Part shown: positions 20,121-30,332 of the stretch, one piece after another | Position numbering within the stretch: position 1 is the first letter of the stretch | How the letters are laid out: every line of letters starts with the position of its first letter | Assembly (NCBI GenBank): GCA_963799485.1 | Contig: CAWCXJ010000008.1 | Span: forward strand, 96,001 to 160,000 | DNA from: an uncultured Trueperaceae bacterium | GTDB taxonomy: Bacteria > Deinococcota > Deinococci > Deinococcales > Trueperaceae | Direction: 5' to 3' | Length of the DNA: 64,000 nt | Made by a program: the position numbers and the translations under genes | Notes under the pieces: model-generated | Databases searched by the model: none | Told to the model about the DNA's origin: nothing | What the model saw: only the letters and a program-made list of their open reading frames with translations

Positions 20121-21283
20121 GCCGAATAGACCCCACTTGCGCGTTTGTTTACGCACCCGAACTGGGCGACTATGAGCTCTCTGCCGAACATCCTTTCAAA
20201 CCCGCTCGGCTCGAGCTGACCCGGACGCTGCTGGAAGCGTGTGGTCTGCTCGGTACGGAAAGTATCGTCGCGCCCGAACCGTTTACCGAAGCGCAGCTCT
20301 TGACGCTCCACGACCCCGCGTTCGTCGCGGCGGTCAAGGCGGCCTCGAGCGGTGAACGGGTTGAAAACGCGCTTCACTACGGTCTCGGTACCCCCGACAA
20401 CCCGGTTTCTCCAGGGCTACACGACGCGATTTTGCGAATTTGCGGCGCGTCGCTGACGGCGGTGCGGCTCGTCGCGTCGGGGCGTTTTACGCGCGCCGTC
20501 AACTTTTCCGGCGGGCTGCACCACGCAGGTCAGGCCAAGATGTCGGGGTTTTGCACCTATAACGACGTGGCGTTAGCCGTTCACGAAGCCGTGACCCGTT
20601 ATGGCCTCCGCGTCGCCTATATCGACTTAGACGCCCACCACGGCGACGGGGTACAAGAGCTTTTCTACACGTCAGCCGAGGTGCTGACCATCAGTGTCCA
20701 CGAGTCGGGGCGCTATTTGTTTCCCGGTACCGGCTTTACCTACGAAGTCGGGCAGGGGGCGGGGCGGGGGCTTAGTGTCAATGTGCCGCTCGAGCCCTTT
20801 ACCGAATCGGCGTCGTATCTAGAAGCGCTGGAAGCTGTTTTGCCGAAAGCACTAGAGGCGTTTCAGCCCGGCCTGATCGTCCTCCAAGCCGGGGCCGACA
20901 TGCACCGCTACGACCCCTTGACCGACCTTCATCTGAGCGTTCAAGGTATCGCCGAGAGTTACGCGCTGGTGAGCGATTTAGCCGACACCTTTTGCGGCGG
21001 GCGGCTCGTGGCGACCGGCGGCGGCGGTTACGACCCCTACCGAACGGTGCCGCGCGTCTGGGCGCGCTTGTGGTGTGCACTGAGCAGTCAGAATGCGCCC
21101 GCGAGTATTCCGGCAAGGTGGCGTGAAGCGTGGGAAGACGCCCTTGGCGTGACGCTGCCCGAAACCTTTGCCGACGACACCGACGCCTGGCCCGAAAGCC
21201 CGAGGCGCGCCCAAATCGAGGCGGCGAACCGCCACACCGTGCGTAAACTCCTGGCGTCGTTGGGCCCCATCTGGTCAGGTTAA
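20117..21283 (+). CDS. acuC: Acetoin utilization protein AcuC / histone deacetylase-family deacylase
   Basis: HPFKPARL, GLGTPDNP, GGLHHA, SGFC, DLDAHHGDG, QAGAD, GGGGY; GTGA overlap with upstream gene. Confidence 0.9.
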   Translation: MSRIDPTCAFVYAPELGDYELSAEHPFKPARLELTRTLLEACGLLGTESIVAPEPFTEAQLLTLHDPAFVAAVKAASSGERVENALHYGLGTPDNPVSPGLHDAILRICGASLTAVRLVASGRFTRAVNFSGGLHHAGQAKMSGFCTYNDVALAVHEAVTRYGLRVAYIDLDAHHGDGVQELFYTSAEVLTISVHESGRYLFPGTGFTYEVGQGAGRGLSVNVPLEPFTESASYLEALEAVLPKALEAFQPGLIVLQAGADMHRYDPLTDLHLSVQGIAESYALVSDLADTFCGGRLVATGGGGYDPYRTVPRVWARLWCALSSQNAPASIPARWREAWEDALGVTLPETFADDTDAWPESPRRAQIEAANRHTVRKLLASLGPIWSG

Positions 21284-21290
21284 ACGGGTA

Positions 21291-22085
21291 TCAGGTCACC
21301 ACGTTGAGCCAGCCGCCATCGACGTAATACGTTGAACCGACCGAGTAACTCGCCCGCTCCGAACACAAAAAGACGAAAAAGTTCGCCAGCTCCTCGGCCG
21401 TGCCGAAACGTCCGATAGGCGCATTTGTCTGGGCAATCCCTTCTAAATATTCCTGCCACGTCACGTCTTTGCCTTCGGTCAAAAGTTTCGCCGTCTTTTC
21501 CCAGTCGGGCGTTTGAATGAGGCCGGGATTTACGGTGTTGACGCGAATCCCGTCTCCGATGAGTTCATTAGCGAGGCATTTGGAGAACATCGCCAGCGCC
21601 GCCTTCGAGACGTTATAGATGGGTTCGTAACCGAGCGGTTGCGACGCGCAGATCGACGCGTTATTCAGAATCACCCCGCCGCCGCGTTCACGCATCGCCG
21701 GGACGAACGCCTTTGAAAGCCGCACCGCCGCCATCAGGTGCAGGTCGAGGTAATACTGCCATTTCGCGTCGTCGGCCTCCATGATAGTCTCTTCGCTGCC
21801 GGTGCCGGCGTTATTGATTAAAATATCTGCGCCGCCGAAGGTTTCTAAAACCCTTTGTGCAAACTGTGTTACGTCGTCCGCGCGGCTCACGTCCGCCACG
21901 ACGCCGAGCGTTTCGACGCCGTAAGTTTCCCCCAGCCGCGCCGCTTCACGCGTGACCCGCGCCTCGTCCCTGGCACAAAGCGCCAGCTTGACGCCCTCTT
22001 GCGCCAACCCTTCGGCGACTGCCAAGCCGATACCGACGCTGCCCCCCGTAATCACCGCCACCTTACCGCCAAGTCCTAAATCCAT
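21291..22085 (-). CDS. SDR oxidoreductase
   Basis: TGGSVGIG, NNAG, YNVSK, VDGG. Confidence 0.9.
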   Translation of the reverse strand: MDLGLGGKVAVITGGSVGIGLAVAEGLAQEGVKLALCARDEARVTREAARLGETYGVETLGVVADVSRADDVTQFAQRVLETFGGADILINNAGTGSEETIMEADDAKWQYYLDLHLMAAVRLSKAFVPAMRERGGGVILNNASICASQPLGYEPIYNVSKAALAMFSKCLANELIGDGIRVNTVNPGLIQTPDWEKTAKLLTEGKDVTWQEYLEGIAQTNAPIGRFGTAEELANFFVFLCSERASYSVGSTYYVDGGWLNVVT

Positions 22086-22318
22086 CGTTTCTCCTTACCC
22101 TGCTGAGATGCCCTTATCTTGTCATATACGCCCGCACGTGCCCACGCGTTCGCTGCAATTTAGCCGTCGCCACCTCGAGACCTTTTTCGCCGCTACGCCG
22201 CTATCCTGCTGAAGGTGGTCTTGTTTGGGTTCAGCCGGCGTTGGGGACGGCAACGAAAATGCTGGAGATGAGCTGTATCCCGCAAAAAGTGATGGGGTGG
22301 CGCTGTTGCCAACTCGAG

Positions 22319-22825
22319 CTAAACGAGCGCGTCCAACCAGCGTTCATCCCAGCTAAAGAGCGGGTCATCTCCTGCGGTGAAGCTAAAAAGTGCTTTGGGG
22401 TAGCGGTTTAATAATCTGGCGTCCGGGAGTTCGTCGGGCGCTACATAACGAAGCTCTAACGACTCACCGTCGCGCGCCTCCAACTTTCCACCGACCACGC
22501 GGCACAAAAAGACCGCGTTGAATATTTGAAGTCGGTCACCGTTCGGATAGGTATGAAAAAAATCTGCGCCACCAAAAATACCCGCAAGCTTGTGCGGAAC
22601 GACCTTGAGCCCGGTTTCTTCCCAGACTTCACGTACAAGCGCTGTCGCAGGATGTTCACCCGGGTCAACCGCGCCTGCCGGAAGGCTCCAGCTGCCGTCA
22701 TCACTGCGCCGTTGTAACAGAATACGTCCCACTTCGTCGTAGACAAGCGCCGCAACCCCGGGATTAAGCAGCAGATCGTGACCGATACGCGCCCGTAAAT
22801 CTTTGATGTACTCGGATACCGGCAT
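22319..22825 (-). CDS. NUDIX hydrolase (MutT-like)
   Basis: Nudix box [22 protein letters not shown]. Confidence 0.9.
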   Translation of the reverse strand: MPVSEYIKDLRARIGHDLLLNPGVAALVYDEVGRILLQRRSDDGSWSLPAGAVDPGEHPATALVREVWEETGLKVVPHKLAGIFGGADFFHTYPNGDRLQIFNAVFLCRVVGGKLEARDGESLELRYVAPDELPDARLLNRYPKALFSFTAGDDPLFSWDERWLDALV

Positions 22826-23783
22826 CAGCTGCGGGTCAGCTCACGCTGCTCTTGTTCAAACCACGTCCAAAACCGCTGGCTATACCTTCACGAATCGACA
22901 CTCTGGGTTCAAACCCCAGCAGCTTTTGCGCCTTGCTGATGTCGGCGTAGGTCACGTAGACGTCGGCGGCGAGTTTGGGCGCTGGCTCGAGCTTCGCCTC
23001 TTTACCCGAAACCGCCTCCATCGCGGCGATAAAGTCCGCCAGGGATTGCGGTTCACCACGCCCGATATTCAAAATCTCGTACCCGAGCGGTTTGTCTAAA
23101 GCCAGCACCACCCCCGACACGATGTCGTCGACAAACGTCCAGTCGCGGCGCATGTCACCTTCGTAAAGTGGAATGGTCTTGCCGTAAAAGAGGCTTTCGG
23201 CTAACAGCCCCGGCATCATGTCGGGCCGACCACGCGGGCCGTAAACGGTAAAAAAGCGGGTTGCCGAGAAATTCAGGCCGTAGAGTTTGTGGTAGGTAAA
23301 CCCCAAAAGTTCAGCGGCGCGTTTGGCGGCGGCGTAGGGTTGCGGCGGCGCTAGACACGGGTCGGTTTCCCGAAACGGAATGTCGGGCGTGTCGCCGTAA
23401 ATCGACGAGGTTGAGGCAAAAACAAAGTTCTGCACGCCGAATTCACGCGCCGCGTCCATCAGCACTTGCGTTCCGCCCAGATTGACGTCCATATAAAGCG
23501 CCGGGTTTGCCACCGAGTTGCGAACCCCCGCCATCGCCGCGATGTGAGCTACGGCGCTAAAACGGTGTTCCTCAAAGAGCGAAAACATCTTTTTACGGTC
23601 ACGGATGTCAGCTTCTACGAGCGTTGTCCCGGACTGCCTGACCGCCTCGGCGTTACGGCGTTTGCGCGCCGGGTCGTAGTAGTCGCTGAAGTTGTCCACC
23701 CCGACAACGCTGTCGCCGCGCCGCGCCAACCGCTCGGCTAAATGACTTCCGATAAACCCTGCTGCGCCTGTGACGAGAATCAT
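22825..23783 (-). CDS. NAD-dependent nucleotide-sugar epimerase (UDP-glucuronate 4-epimerase-like) with probable frameshift near C-terminus
   Basis: [34 protein letters not shown]; given frame stops at 22836, alternative frame [17 protein letters not shown] ends in TGATG overlap at 22825. Confidence 0.85.
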
Positions 23784-23982
23784 AAACTCACTCCTGCGCC
23801 AAGTCTAACGTGAGCTGAGGGCAGGTTACAGCATACCTGCACAGCCTGTTCCCTGATTTTGGGCGAGTGACCGGGCATAGAGTCGGCGCGTCGCCTTGCC
23901 TGACCAGGTGCGTTGGTGCTTTTTGTGCACCTCAAACTTTCCTGAAAAAGTCGGCGTTGCTTCGACGCCGGACGCTGGGTGT

Positions 23983-24045
23983 CGAAAGGTAAACGCACCA
24001 AAACATAACCGCACCGAAAGGCAAACTGCACCGAAAGGAAAACTC
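23983..24045. repeat. Degenerate 16-17 bp tandem repeat x4 upstream of sbcD
   Basis: CGAAAGGTAAACGCAC / CAAAACATAACCGCAC / CGAAAGGCAAACTGCAC / CGAAAGGAAAACTC. Confidence 0.6.
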
Positions 24046-24141
24046 GGCAACGTACCGGCGTCTACGGGTTCCCGGTCTTCACCGTAAAAAATGGCATTTT
24101 TAACGCACCGCTCGGTGACCCTTGCACGGTAAGGTAAGGGG

Positions 24142-25329
24142 GTGAAAATCCTCCACACCGCCGACTGGCACGCCGGGCGGGTGTTGCACGGTCAACCCCG
24201 CACCCCTGAAATCCGCGCCGTGTTGCGTGAAATCGCCGAGTTAGCCAAAACCGAAGCGGTTGACCTCGTACTGGTCGCCGGCGATCTTTACGATACCCGT
24301 AATCCCGGCGCTGAAGCTGAAACCGCCGTTTACGAATTTTTCAAAACGTTGGGCGACGCCCACATTCCAAGCGTGGTCATTGCCGGCAATCACGACGCCC
24401 CGGGAAGGCTTGAGGCCGCCGCCGGACTCCTCGGTCTGGCAGGTGTTTACGTCGTTGGTGAACCCAAAGTCGCCCAGCGTGGCGGGGTGTTTACGCTCCA
24501 ACTCGGCGGCGAAACCGCCCGGATTGCGGCGCTGCCGTTCGTTTCGGAGCGGCGTATCGTCAAGGTGCATGAACTCTTGGGCAGCGACCCCGGCGCGTGG
24601 CGTGAGGGCTACCGCGAGGGGATGCGGAAACTGATCAACAACCTCACCGCCCCTTTCAAAAACGACGCCGTAAACCTCTTGATGATGCACACGACCACCG
24701 AAGGGGCCAAACTCGCACACTCCGAATACGAGTTTCACTGCAGCGATACGTATACGCTGGCCCCCGATTTGTTCCCCGAAACGTGCAACTACGTCGCGCT
24801 CGGACACATCCATATGCCGCAAAAGGTGCAGGGTTTGCCGGAAAATGCCGGTCGTTACGCGGGCTCAGTAGTGCAACTCGATTTTGGCGAACAGGGCGAT
24901 ACCAAATATGTGTACATCTTGGAGGCTCGAGCAGGCAAACCCACGCAGGTCGTAAAAGAACACGCGGTTCAAGGCGGCAAACGCCTTAAACGTATCAGCG
25001 CGTCGCGCGACGAGTTAGACCGGAAGCTGAGCGAGCTCGAGTGGGACGGCTGGCTCAAACTTTCCATCAAATTGGAGCGGCCCGACCCCGGCCTCAAAGA
25101 CCGGCTTAAACGCGATTATCCGAACATTCTGGTTGTCGAGCAGCTTTTGCCCGAACGTGAACGACCGCTCGAGCGCGGCAGCGACCAACGCAACCTGACC
25201 CTCGTAGACGCCTACGCGCAGTTTTACGGCGATGAACGCGCGACAGCGCTGCCCGACGACTTGCGGCGCGCGTTTAGCGAGCTGTACGAGCAGGCGCAAC
25301 CTCTAGCCGATGAACCCGCCCCGGTATGA
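24142..25329 (+). CDS. sbcD: Exonuclease SbcD (Mre11-like)
   Basis: HTADWH, AGDLYD, AGNHD, ALGHIH, RYAGS; leaderless TAAGGT-N6-GTG. Confidence 0.93.
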   Translation: MKILHTADWHAGRVLHGQPRTPEIRAVLREIAELAKTEAVDLVLVAGDLYDTRNPGAEAETAVYEFFKTLGDAHIPSVVIAGNHDAPGRLEAAAGLLGLAGVYVVGEPKVAQRGGVFTLQLGGETARIAALPFVSERRIVKVHELLGSDPGAWREGYREGMRKLINNLTAPFKNDAVNLLMMHTTTEGAKLAHSEYEFHCSDTYTLAPDLFPETCNYVALGHIHMPQKVQGLPENAGRYAGSVVQLDFGEQGDTKYVYILEARAGKPTQVVKEHAVQGGKRLKRISASRDELDRKLSELEWDGWLKLSIKLERPDPGLKDRLKRDYPNILVVEQLLPERERPLERGSDQRNLTLVDAYAQFYGDERATALPDDLRRAFSELYEQAQPLADEPAPV

Positions 25330-28100
25330 GACCGCTTAAACTTGCCCTCAGCGGGTTTACCTGTTTTCGTGAACCGACCGAAGTCAGTTTTGAAGATTTG
25401 GAGCTGTTCGCCATCTCCGGCATGACGGGTTCAGGCAAATCGACGCTTTTGGACGCTATCACCTACGCGCTTTACGGGCAGACGGCGCGCCTCGGGACGC
25501 GGCTCGGGGACACGCTTTTTAGCCCGAACCTGGACAAACTGAGCGTGCAGCTGACGTTCAGCAGCGGCAGCGAGACCTACCGGGTGGCGCGGGTTTCGGA
25601 GCGTAAAGGGGCGCGCGGCCCGAAAAATGAAACACGCGTTGAGCACCTCGGCCCGGACGCCACCTGGAAACAGCTTTCCGAAAGCGAAAAAATCAAGGAC
25701 GCCGACCGTAAACTCGAGGAAATCGTCGGGTTGACCTATGACAACTTTACCAAAGCCGTCTTGTTGCCGCAGGGCGCGTTCGACAACTTTTTGCACGCCA
25801 AACCCGGTGAACGCACGAACCTCTTGCGCGACCTGCTGGGGTTGTCCGTCACCGCCGAGATGGCAAAACGGGCGGGGGAGAGGGCGCGCGACGCCGGCAC
25901 GCGGGCCAAAGGCCTCGAGGAACGCCTCACGCACGACTACGCGGACGTCACCCCCGAACGGCGGCGCACGTTAAACGCTGAACTCGGGACGCTGAGCGAA
26001 GCACAAACGACCTTGCTGACGGCGCGGCAAACGCTTGCAGAGCGGGTGCAGGCGCTTAAAGCGCTGCAAGCACTCCTCGACGAACAAGCCGAAGTCGCGC
26101 GTGAACTGGCGGCGCTGCAGGCTCGAGAGGATGAGATTGCCCGTGACCGGCGCGTGTTGGCGCAAGCGCAAGATGCGGAGAAGCTCGTGCCTTACCTGAG
26201 CGACCTCGAGGCGCGCCAGCACAAAGTTCAAGACCTGAGCGCGCAGCAAGAACGGGTCAAAAACGAGTTGGCGGGAGCAGAAACAGCACTCGGCAAAGCA
26301 AAAACCGCGTTGGAAACCGCTGAACAAGGCGCACAAACACTTCCTGAACTCGCAGCCCGGACGGAAGGACTTGCCGAGACCCGTCCGCTCCTGACGCTCC
26401 TCAAAAGTCGGGGGGGCTCGCTCAAACTCGCCGACGGTGCAAAAGCATCCTATACCGACGCGGCGTGGGAGGCGGTGCAAGACCGACTCCGGGAGTTGCC
26501 GGAACTCGAGCGCGCCCGTGGCGACGTCACCGATATGCAGATGCGGCGCAATCAGGCGCAAAAAGACAAGGAAGAAATCCAGACCCGGCTCAAAGAGGCG
26601 CAGGCCGCGCTGACGAAACTCACCACCGAGGGCAAGGCCGCAAAAACGCGCCGTGAAAAAGCCGAAGCCGCGTTTGAGGAGGCCGTCCGCGTCGCGCCCG
26701 CTGCTGCGCTGAGGCCACATCTGCACGTCGGCGAGGCGTGCCCGGTCTGCGAACAAACCGTCGCCGCTTTGCCGCCGCCCGTTACGGGCGAGCTCGGCGA
26801 ACTCAAGGCCGCGCGGGACAAGGCGGTTACGCTCCACGAACAGCTTAAAGAGGTCTATACAGAACAGCGCACGACCTCAAAGACGCTCGAGGCCCGGCTC
26901 GAGGGCGTCGCCGAACGCGTCTCCCGCGCCGAAGAAGACCTGGGTCACCGCCTCAAACACCTTGACGAACTCGCTGACAAGCTGGGCGAACGCGAACCCG
27001 CAAGGCTACGCGCGAAACTCACAGCAGCGCAGCGGGCACTTTTGGCAGGCCTTGCCGGAAGCATTCTGGAAAAAACGCAGGGGCTCGACCCCGAGGCGGC
27101 GCACGCGGCGCTGACCAAAGAACGTACCCGGCTGGAGACCGCTTTACGGGGCGCGCAGAGCGCGTTTCACACCGCGCAGCGCAACGTCGACCGCCTGAGC
27201 GCCGAGGCGTTCAGTGTCGGTGAAAGGCTCGGCGAAGCCGTAGACAGCCAAGCCCAAACCGCCAAGGTTTTTGCCGAACTCCTGTCCCGCACGAGTTTTT
27301 CCGGCCCGGACGCGCTGCGCGCCGCCGCGCGCTCTTCTGAGCAGCAGCGGCTACTGACAGACAAAACCGAACGCTACGCCCACGACCTGGAGCAGCTGAC
27401 CCGGCAAGCTGCGGGGCTCGAGCTGCGTTTAGCCGGGAGAACCCTCGAGCCCGGTGCGCTAGACGCCGCCCGCACCGAACAAGCCCAGACCGAAACGCGT
27501 CTGGGTGAGGTGCAGACCCGTTTGGGCGCGCTTAAAGGCGAGCTGGCACGGCTGGCAGAACAGTTGGAAACCGCCAAACGCCTCCGCACCGAACGGGACG
27601 AGCTCGAGAAAACCGCCGCCCTTTACGGCACGCTCGCCCGCGACCTGATGGTCAACCAGTTTCCGGCGTATATGCTGGAGCGTGTTCAGGCCGAACTCGC
27701 GCAGCGCGCCTCGGACATCTTGAAAACCGTGACCGAAGGGCGTTACGACCTCTTCTTTTACGGCGACGAATACGTCGTACTGGACGCGTGGACGGGTTCC
27801 GAACGGAGCGCCCGGACGCTCTCGGGCGGCGAATCGTTTATCACCTCGCTGGCGCTGGCGTTGGCCCTGTCCGACACGCTCGCCGGGAACACGTCTCTGG
27901 GCGCGCTCTTTTTAGACGAAGGGTTCGGCACGCTCGACGCGGAGACGTTGGAGGGCGTGTGTAAAGTATTAGAGTCTTTGACCGCACACGGGCGCATGGT
28001 CGGCGTCATCACGCACGTCGCGGCACTGACCGAACGCTTGCCGGACAGACTCGTGGTGCGTAAAGGGCCGGAAGGGTCGGTAGTGACGTGGGAGATGTGA
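25326..28100 (+). CDS. sbcC: SMC-family ATPase SbcC (Rad50-like)
   Basis: GMTGSGKS, LLPQGAF, Zn hook CPVC, coiled coils, LSGGES, FLDEGFGTLD, VITH. Confidence 0.95.
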   Translation: MRPLKLALSGFTCFREPTEVSFEDLELFAISGMTGSGKSTLLDAITYALYGQTARLGTRLGDTLFSPNLDKLSVQLTFSSGSETYRVARVSERKGARGPKNETRVEHLGPDATWKQLSESEKIKDADRKLEEIVGLTYDNFTKAVLLPQGAFDNFLHAKPGERTNLLRDLLGLSVTAEMAKRAGERARDAGTRAKGLEERLTHDYADVTPERRRTLNAELGTLSEAQTTLLTARQTLAERVQALKALQALLDEQAEVARELAALQAREDEIARDRRVLAQAQDAEKLVPYLSDLEARQHKVQDLSAQQERVKNELAGAETALGKAKTALETAEQGAQTLPELAARTEGLAETRPLLTLLKSRGGSLKLADGAKASYTDAAWEAVQDRLRELPELERARGDVTDMQMRRNQAQKDKEEIQTRLKEAQAALTKLTTEGKAAKTRREKAEAAFEEAVRVAPAAALRPHLHVGEACPVCEQTVAALPPPVTGELGELKAARDKAVTLHEQLKEVYTEQRTTSKTLEARLEGVAERVSRAEEDLGHRLKHLDELADKLGEREPARLRAKLTAAQRALLAGLAGSILEKTQGLDPEAAHAALTKERTRLETALRGAQSAFHTAQRNVDRLSAEAFSVGERLGEAVDSQAQTAKVFAELLSRTSFSGPDALRAAARSSEQQRLLTDKTERYAHDLEQLTRQAAGLELRLAGRTLEPGALDAARTEQAQTETRLGEVQTRLGALKGELARLAEQLETAKRLRTERDELEKTAALYGTLARDLMVNQFPAYMLERVQAELAQRASDILKTVTEGRYDLFFYGDEYVVLDAWTGSERSARTLSGGESFITSLALALALSDTLAGNTSLGALFLDEGFGTLDAETLEGVCKVLESLTAHGRMVGVITHVAALTERLPDRLVVRKGPEGSVVTWEM

Positions 28101-28921
28101 GCGAGCAGTTACTCCAGAATTTGGTCGAACTATTTTCCGAGTTACCGCAGGTTGACGCGGTGACGCTCGGCGGCTCGAGGTCGGGCGCACACGCCGACGC
28201 CTTAGCTGATTTCGATGTTTACGTCTGCACGGGCGACACTATTGCGTTAGAAACGCGCCGGAACATCGTAAAAGAGTTGGGCGGCGCGTCCAGGGCTGAT
28301 TTGGGTCACGACTATTTCGGTGGCGGGGACGAATGGCTCGACGCCGCGACGGGCAGACATTTCGACGTGATGTATTTCGGGCTCGAGTTTTTCCTTGAAC
28401 AGCTCGAGCGCCCGCTCGTGCGCTACCAGCCGAGCTTGGGTTATAGCACTGCGTTTGCCTACACGGTGAGCCGAGCAGAAATCCTGTACGACCCCGCAGG
28501 CCGATTTGCCGCGCTTCAGGCTATAACTAGAGCGCCGTATCCCGACGCTTTGCGTGAGAACGTCGTGCGTTACAACCACCCGATCTTACGGAGTACCATT
28601 TCGTCGTACTCCGCGCAGCTCAAGAAAGCCGTACAGCGGGACGACCTTGTAAGCATCAATCACCATTTGGCAGCGCTGATGGCGAGCTATTTCGACATTC
28701 TTTTTGCCGTAAACCGGGCGCTGCATCCGGGAGAAAAAAGGCTCGTGCAGCTTGCCGGTGAGCTGCCGAGCTTACCCGAAAACTTCGCGCAGGACGTGAC
28801 CGAAACGCTTTCTGCGTCGGGGACTGGACTTCTAGGCGCTTTAACTCGCCAGTTGGACGCGCTCGAGGTGTGGCTGGTGCGTGAAGGATTCGCTACATTA
28901 CGACCTGCCCAGCATGCTTAA
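28097..28921 (+). CDS. Nucleotidyltransferase-domain protein (DUF4037-like)
   Basis: GTGA-coupled to sbcC; LGGSRS..DFDVY Pol-beta NTase motif; HPGEKRL. Confidence 0.75.
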   Translation: MSEQLLQNLVELFSELPQVDAVTLGGSRSGAHADALADFDVYVCTGDTIALETRRNIVKELGGASRADLGHDYFGGGDEWLDAATGRHFDVMYFGLEFFLEQLERPLVRYQPSLGYSTAFAYTVSRAEILYDPAGRFAALQAITRAPYPDALRENVVRYNHPILRSTISSYSAQLKKAVQRDDLVSINHHLAALMASYFDILFAVNRALHPGEKRLVQLAGELPSLPENFAQDVTETLSASGTGLLGALTRQLDALEVWLVREGFATLRPAQHA

Positions 28922-29535
28922 CGCCCCAGCAGCTCCTCTGCTTCGCTCAGGGTCAACTCTTTGTTGTAGACGCTCGAGCCCGGTTCCTGCACCGCACTCT
29001 CAGAGAGCGTCCCGGTATCGACCGCCGCAAAACCTAATTCTTCGATAAGTTTGCCGACAACTTGTTTGGCGTCCGCGTCGTCGCCTGCAATAAAGATGGC
29101 GCGGCGCTCACGCAGCGGCAGACTCGTATCGCCCTGTTCGTGCAGGTGCTTCCAGAAGATGGTGTTAAACGCCTTGACCACTCTTGCAGCTTTTAGGTGT
29201 TCGGCGACGAGTCCGGTCTGAGTCAAGCCGTGAAAGTCTAGTTTGCCGTCGCGTTCGGGGTAGTAGTTCGACGCGCTGATTAAAATCTTGCCGGCAAGTG
29301 CGTCCACTGGCAGCTCTTGGTATTTGCCGTAAGGGATAGCCTCGAGTACCACCTCGCCAAATGCGGCGGCGTCAGATGCCGTCATCGCCGTAACGTTGGG
29401 GCCGAGTTCCTCGGTAGTTTCTCGCAGCGTTTCGGGTTTTCTCGAGTTGCTTAGCGCGACCTTGTGACCCGCACGGGCGAAGAGGTCTGCTGCGGTTTTG
29501 CCGATGTTGCCTGCACCGATGATGCCGATATTCAT
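28918..29535 (-). CDS. NADPH-dependent F420 reductase-family oxidoreductase
   Basis: IGAGNIG, NYYPERDG, VVKAFNTI, AGDDADAK. Confidence 0.85.
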   Translation of the reverse strand: MNIGIIGAGNIGKTAADLFARAGHKVALSNSRKPETLRETTEELGPNVTAMTASDAAAFGEVVLEAIPYGKYQELPVDALAGKILISASNYYPERDGKLDFHGLTQTGLVAEHLKAARVVKAFNTIFWKHLHEQGDTSLPLRERRAIFIAGDDADAKQVVGKLIEELGFAAVDTGTLSESAVQEPGSSVYNKELTLSEAEELLGR

Positions 29536-29618
29536 ATACGCTCCTCTAGCCCCTATACTAAGCGCCCAAAAAGACCGCGTGACCGTAAGGCCGGGCTAAG
29601 TTGGGGTAAGCTAAGCGT

Positions 29619-30122
29619 ATGTTGGATAAAACCCCGCTGGCGCGCTTTGGCCTTGACCCGGAGACCGTAAGGGAAGCGTTGGCGCGTGAGTTTACGGCGT
29701 TCGAGGCGCTTCCGGCAGAACTTACGGCGGTGTGGCTCGAGCCCTACGCGCCGGGCAAGTGGTCGCCCGCGCAGATAACCGAACACGTCATGAAGGTCAA
29801 CACCGGCGTGAGCAAGACGCTCTATCTGCTCCGCCGCGACGCGCCGCTGCCCGAACAGCAGCGCGTGCCGGGGCGTCTCGAAGACGGCAAGGCGCAAGCC
29901 CCGGCGTTTTCCGAGCCGGGCGAAGGGCTCCCCTGGGAGGTGTTGCAACCGAAGTGGCTCGAGCTGAAAACTCGCTTTTTAACCGAAGTCGAACAAGCCC
30001 GAACATCCAAGCGCACCTGGTTCCATCCTTATTTCGGCGACTTGGGGGCACTCGACTGGGCGCGGGCGGCGGCGTTTCACATGGCGCACCACCGTAAACA
30101 GCTGAGCGCGGCGCAACGGTGA
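29619..30122 (+). CDS. DinB-family protein
   Basis: WSPAQITEH, HPYFG, HMAHHRKQ; leaderless TAAGCT-N6-ATG. Confidence 0.85.
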   Translation: MLDKTPLARFGLDPETVREALAREFTAFEALPAELTAVWLEPYAPGKWSPAQITEHVMKVNTGVSKTLYLLRRDAPLPEQQRVPGRLEDGKAQAPAFSEPGEGLPWEVLQPKWLELKTRFLTEVEQARTSKRTWFHPYFGDLGALDWARAAAFHMAHHRKQLSAAQR

Positions 30123-30332
30123 ACGGGCGGGCCGTAACAGGTTTAACCGTTACAAGGCCGGACACGGGTTTGAGCTGACGGGTTTGCGCTCGAGTTCCAG
30201 CTTGGCAAATTCAGGTATTATGCACTCAATGAGTCTAAACATGAGTCCAAACCCGGACGTGATAAGTCCGGGCAAGGTCAATGCGTCTACGCTTTACCAA
30301 ACCTTTAGTGAGGACTGTACGCCGGGGGGCAG

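Noticed and set aside
23983..24045. CRISPR array or c-di-GMP-I riboswitch
   Set aside because: Units are adjacent with no spacers and are too short and degenerate; no cas genes; the GEMM P2 stem and downstream consensus are absent
24142..28921. Defence system (Wadjet, Lamassu or CBASS) from SMC + nuclease + NTase
   Set aside because: SbcC and SbcD are canonical, with Zn hook and Mre11 motifs; no jet, lmu or cap effector genes
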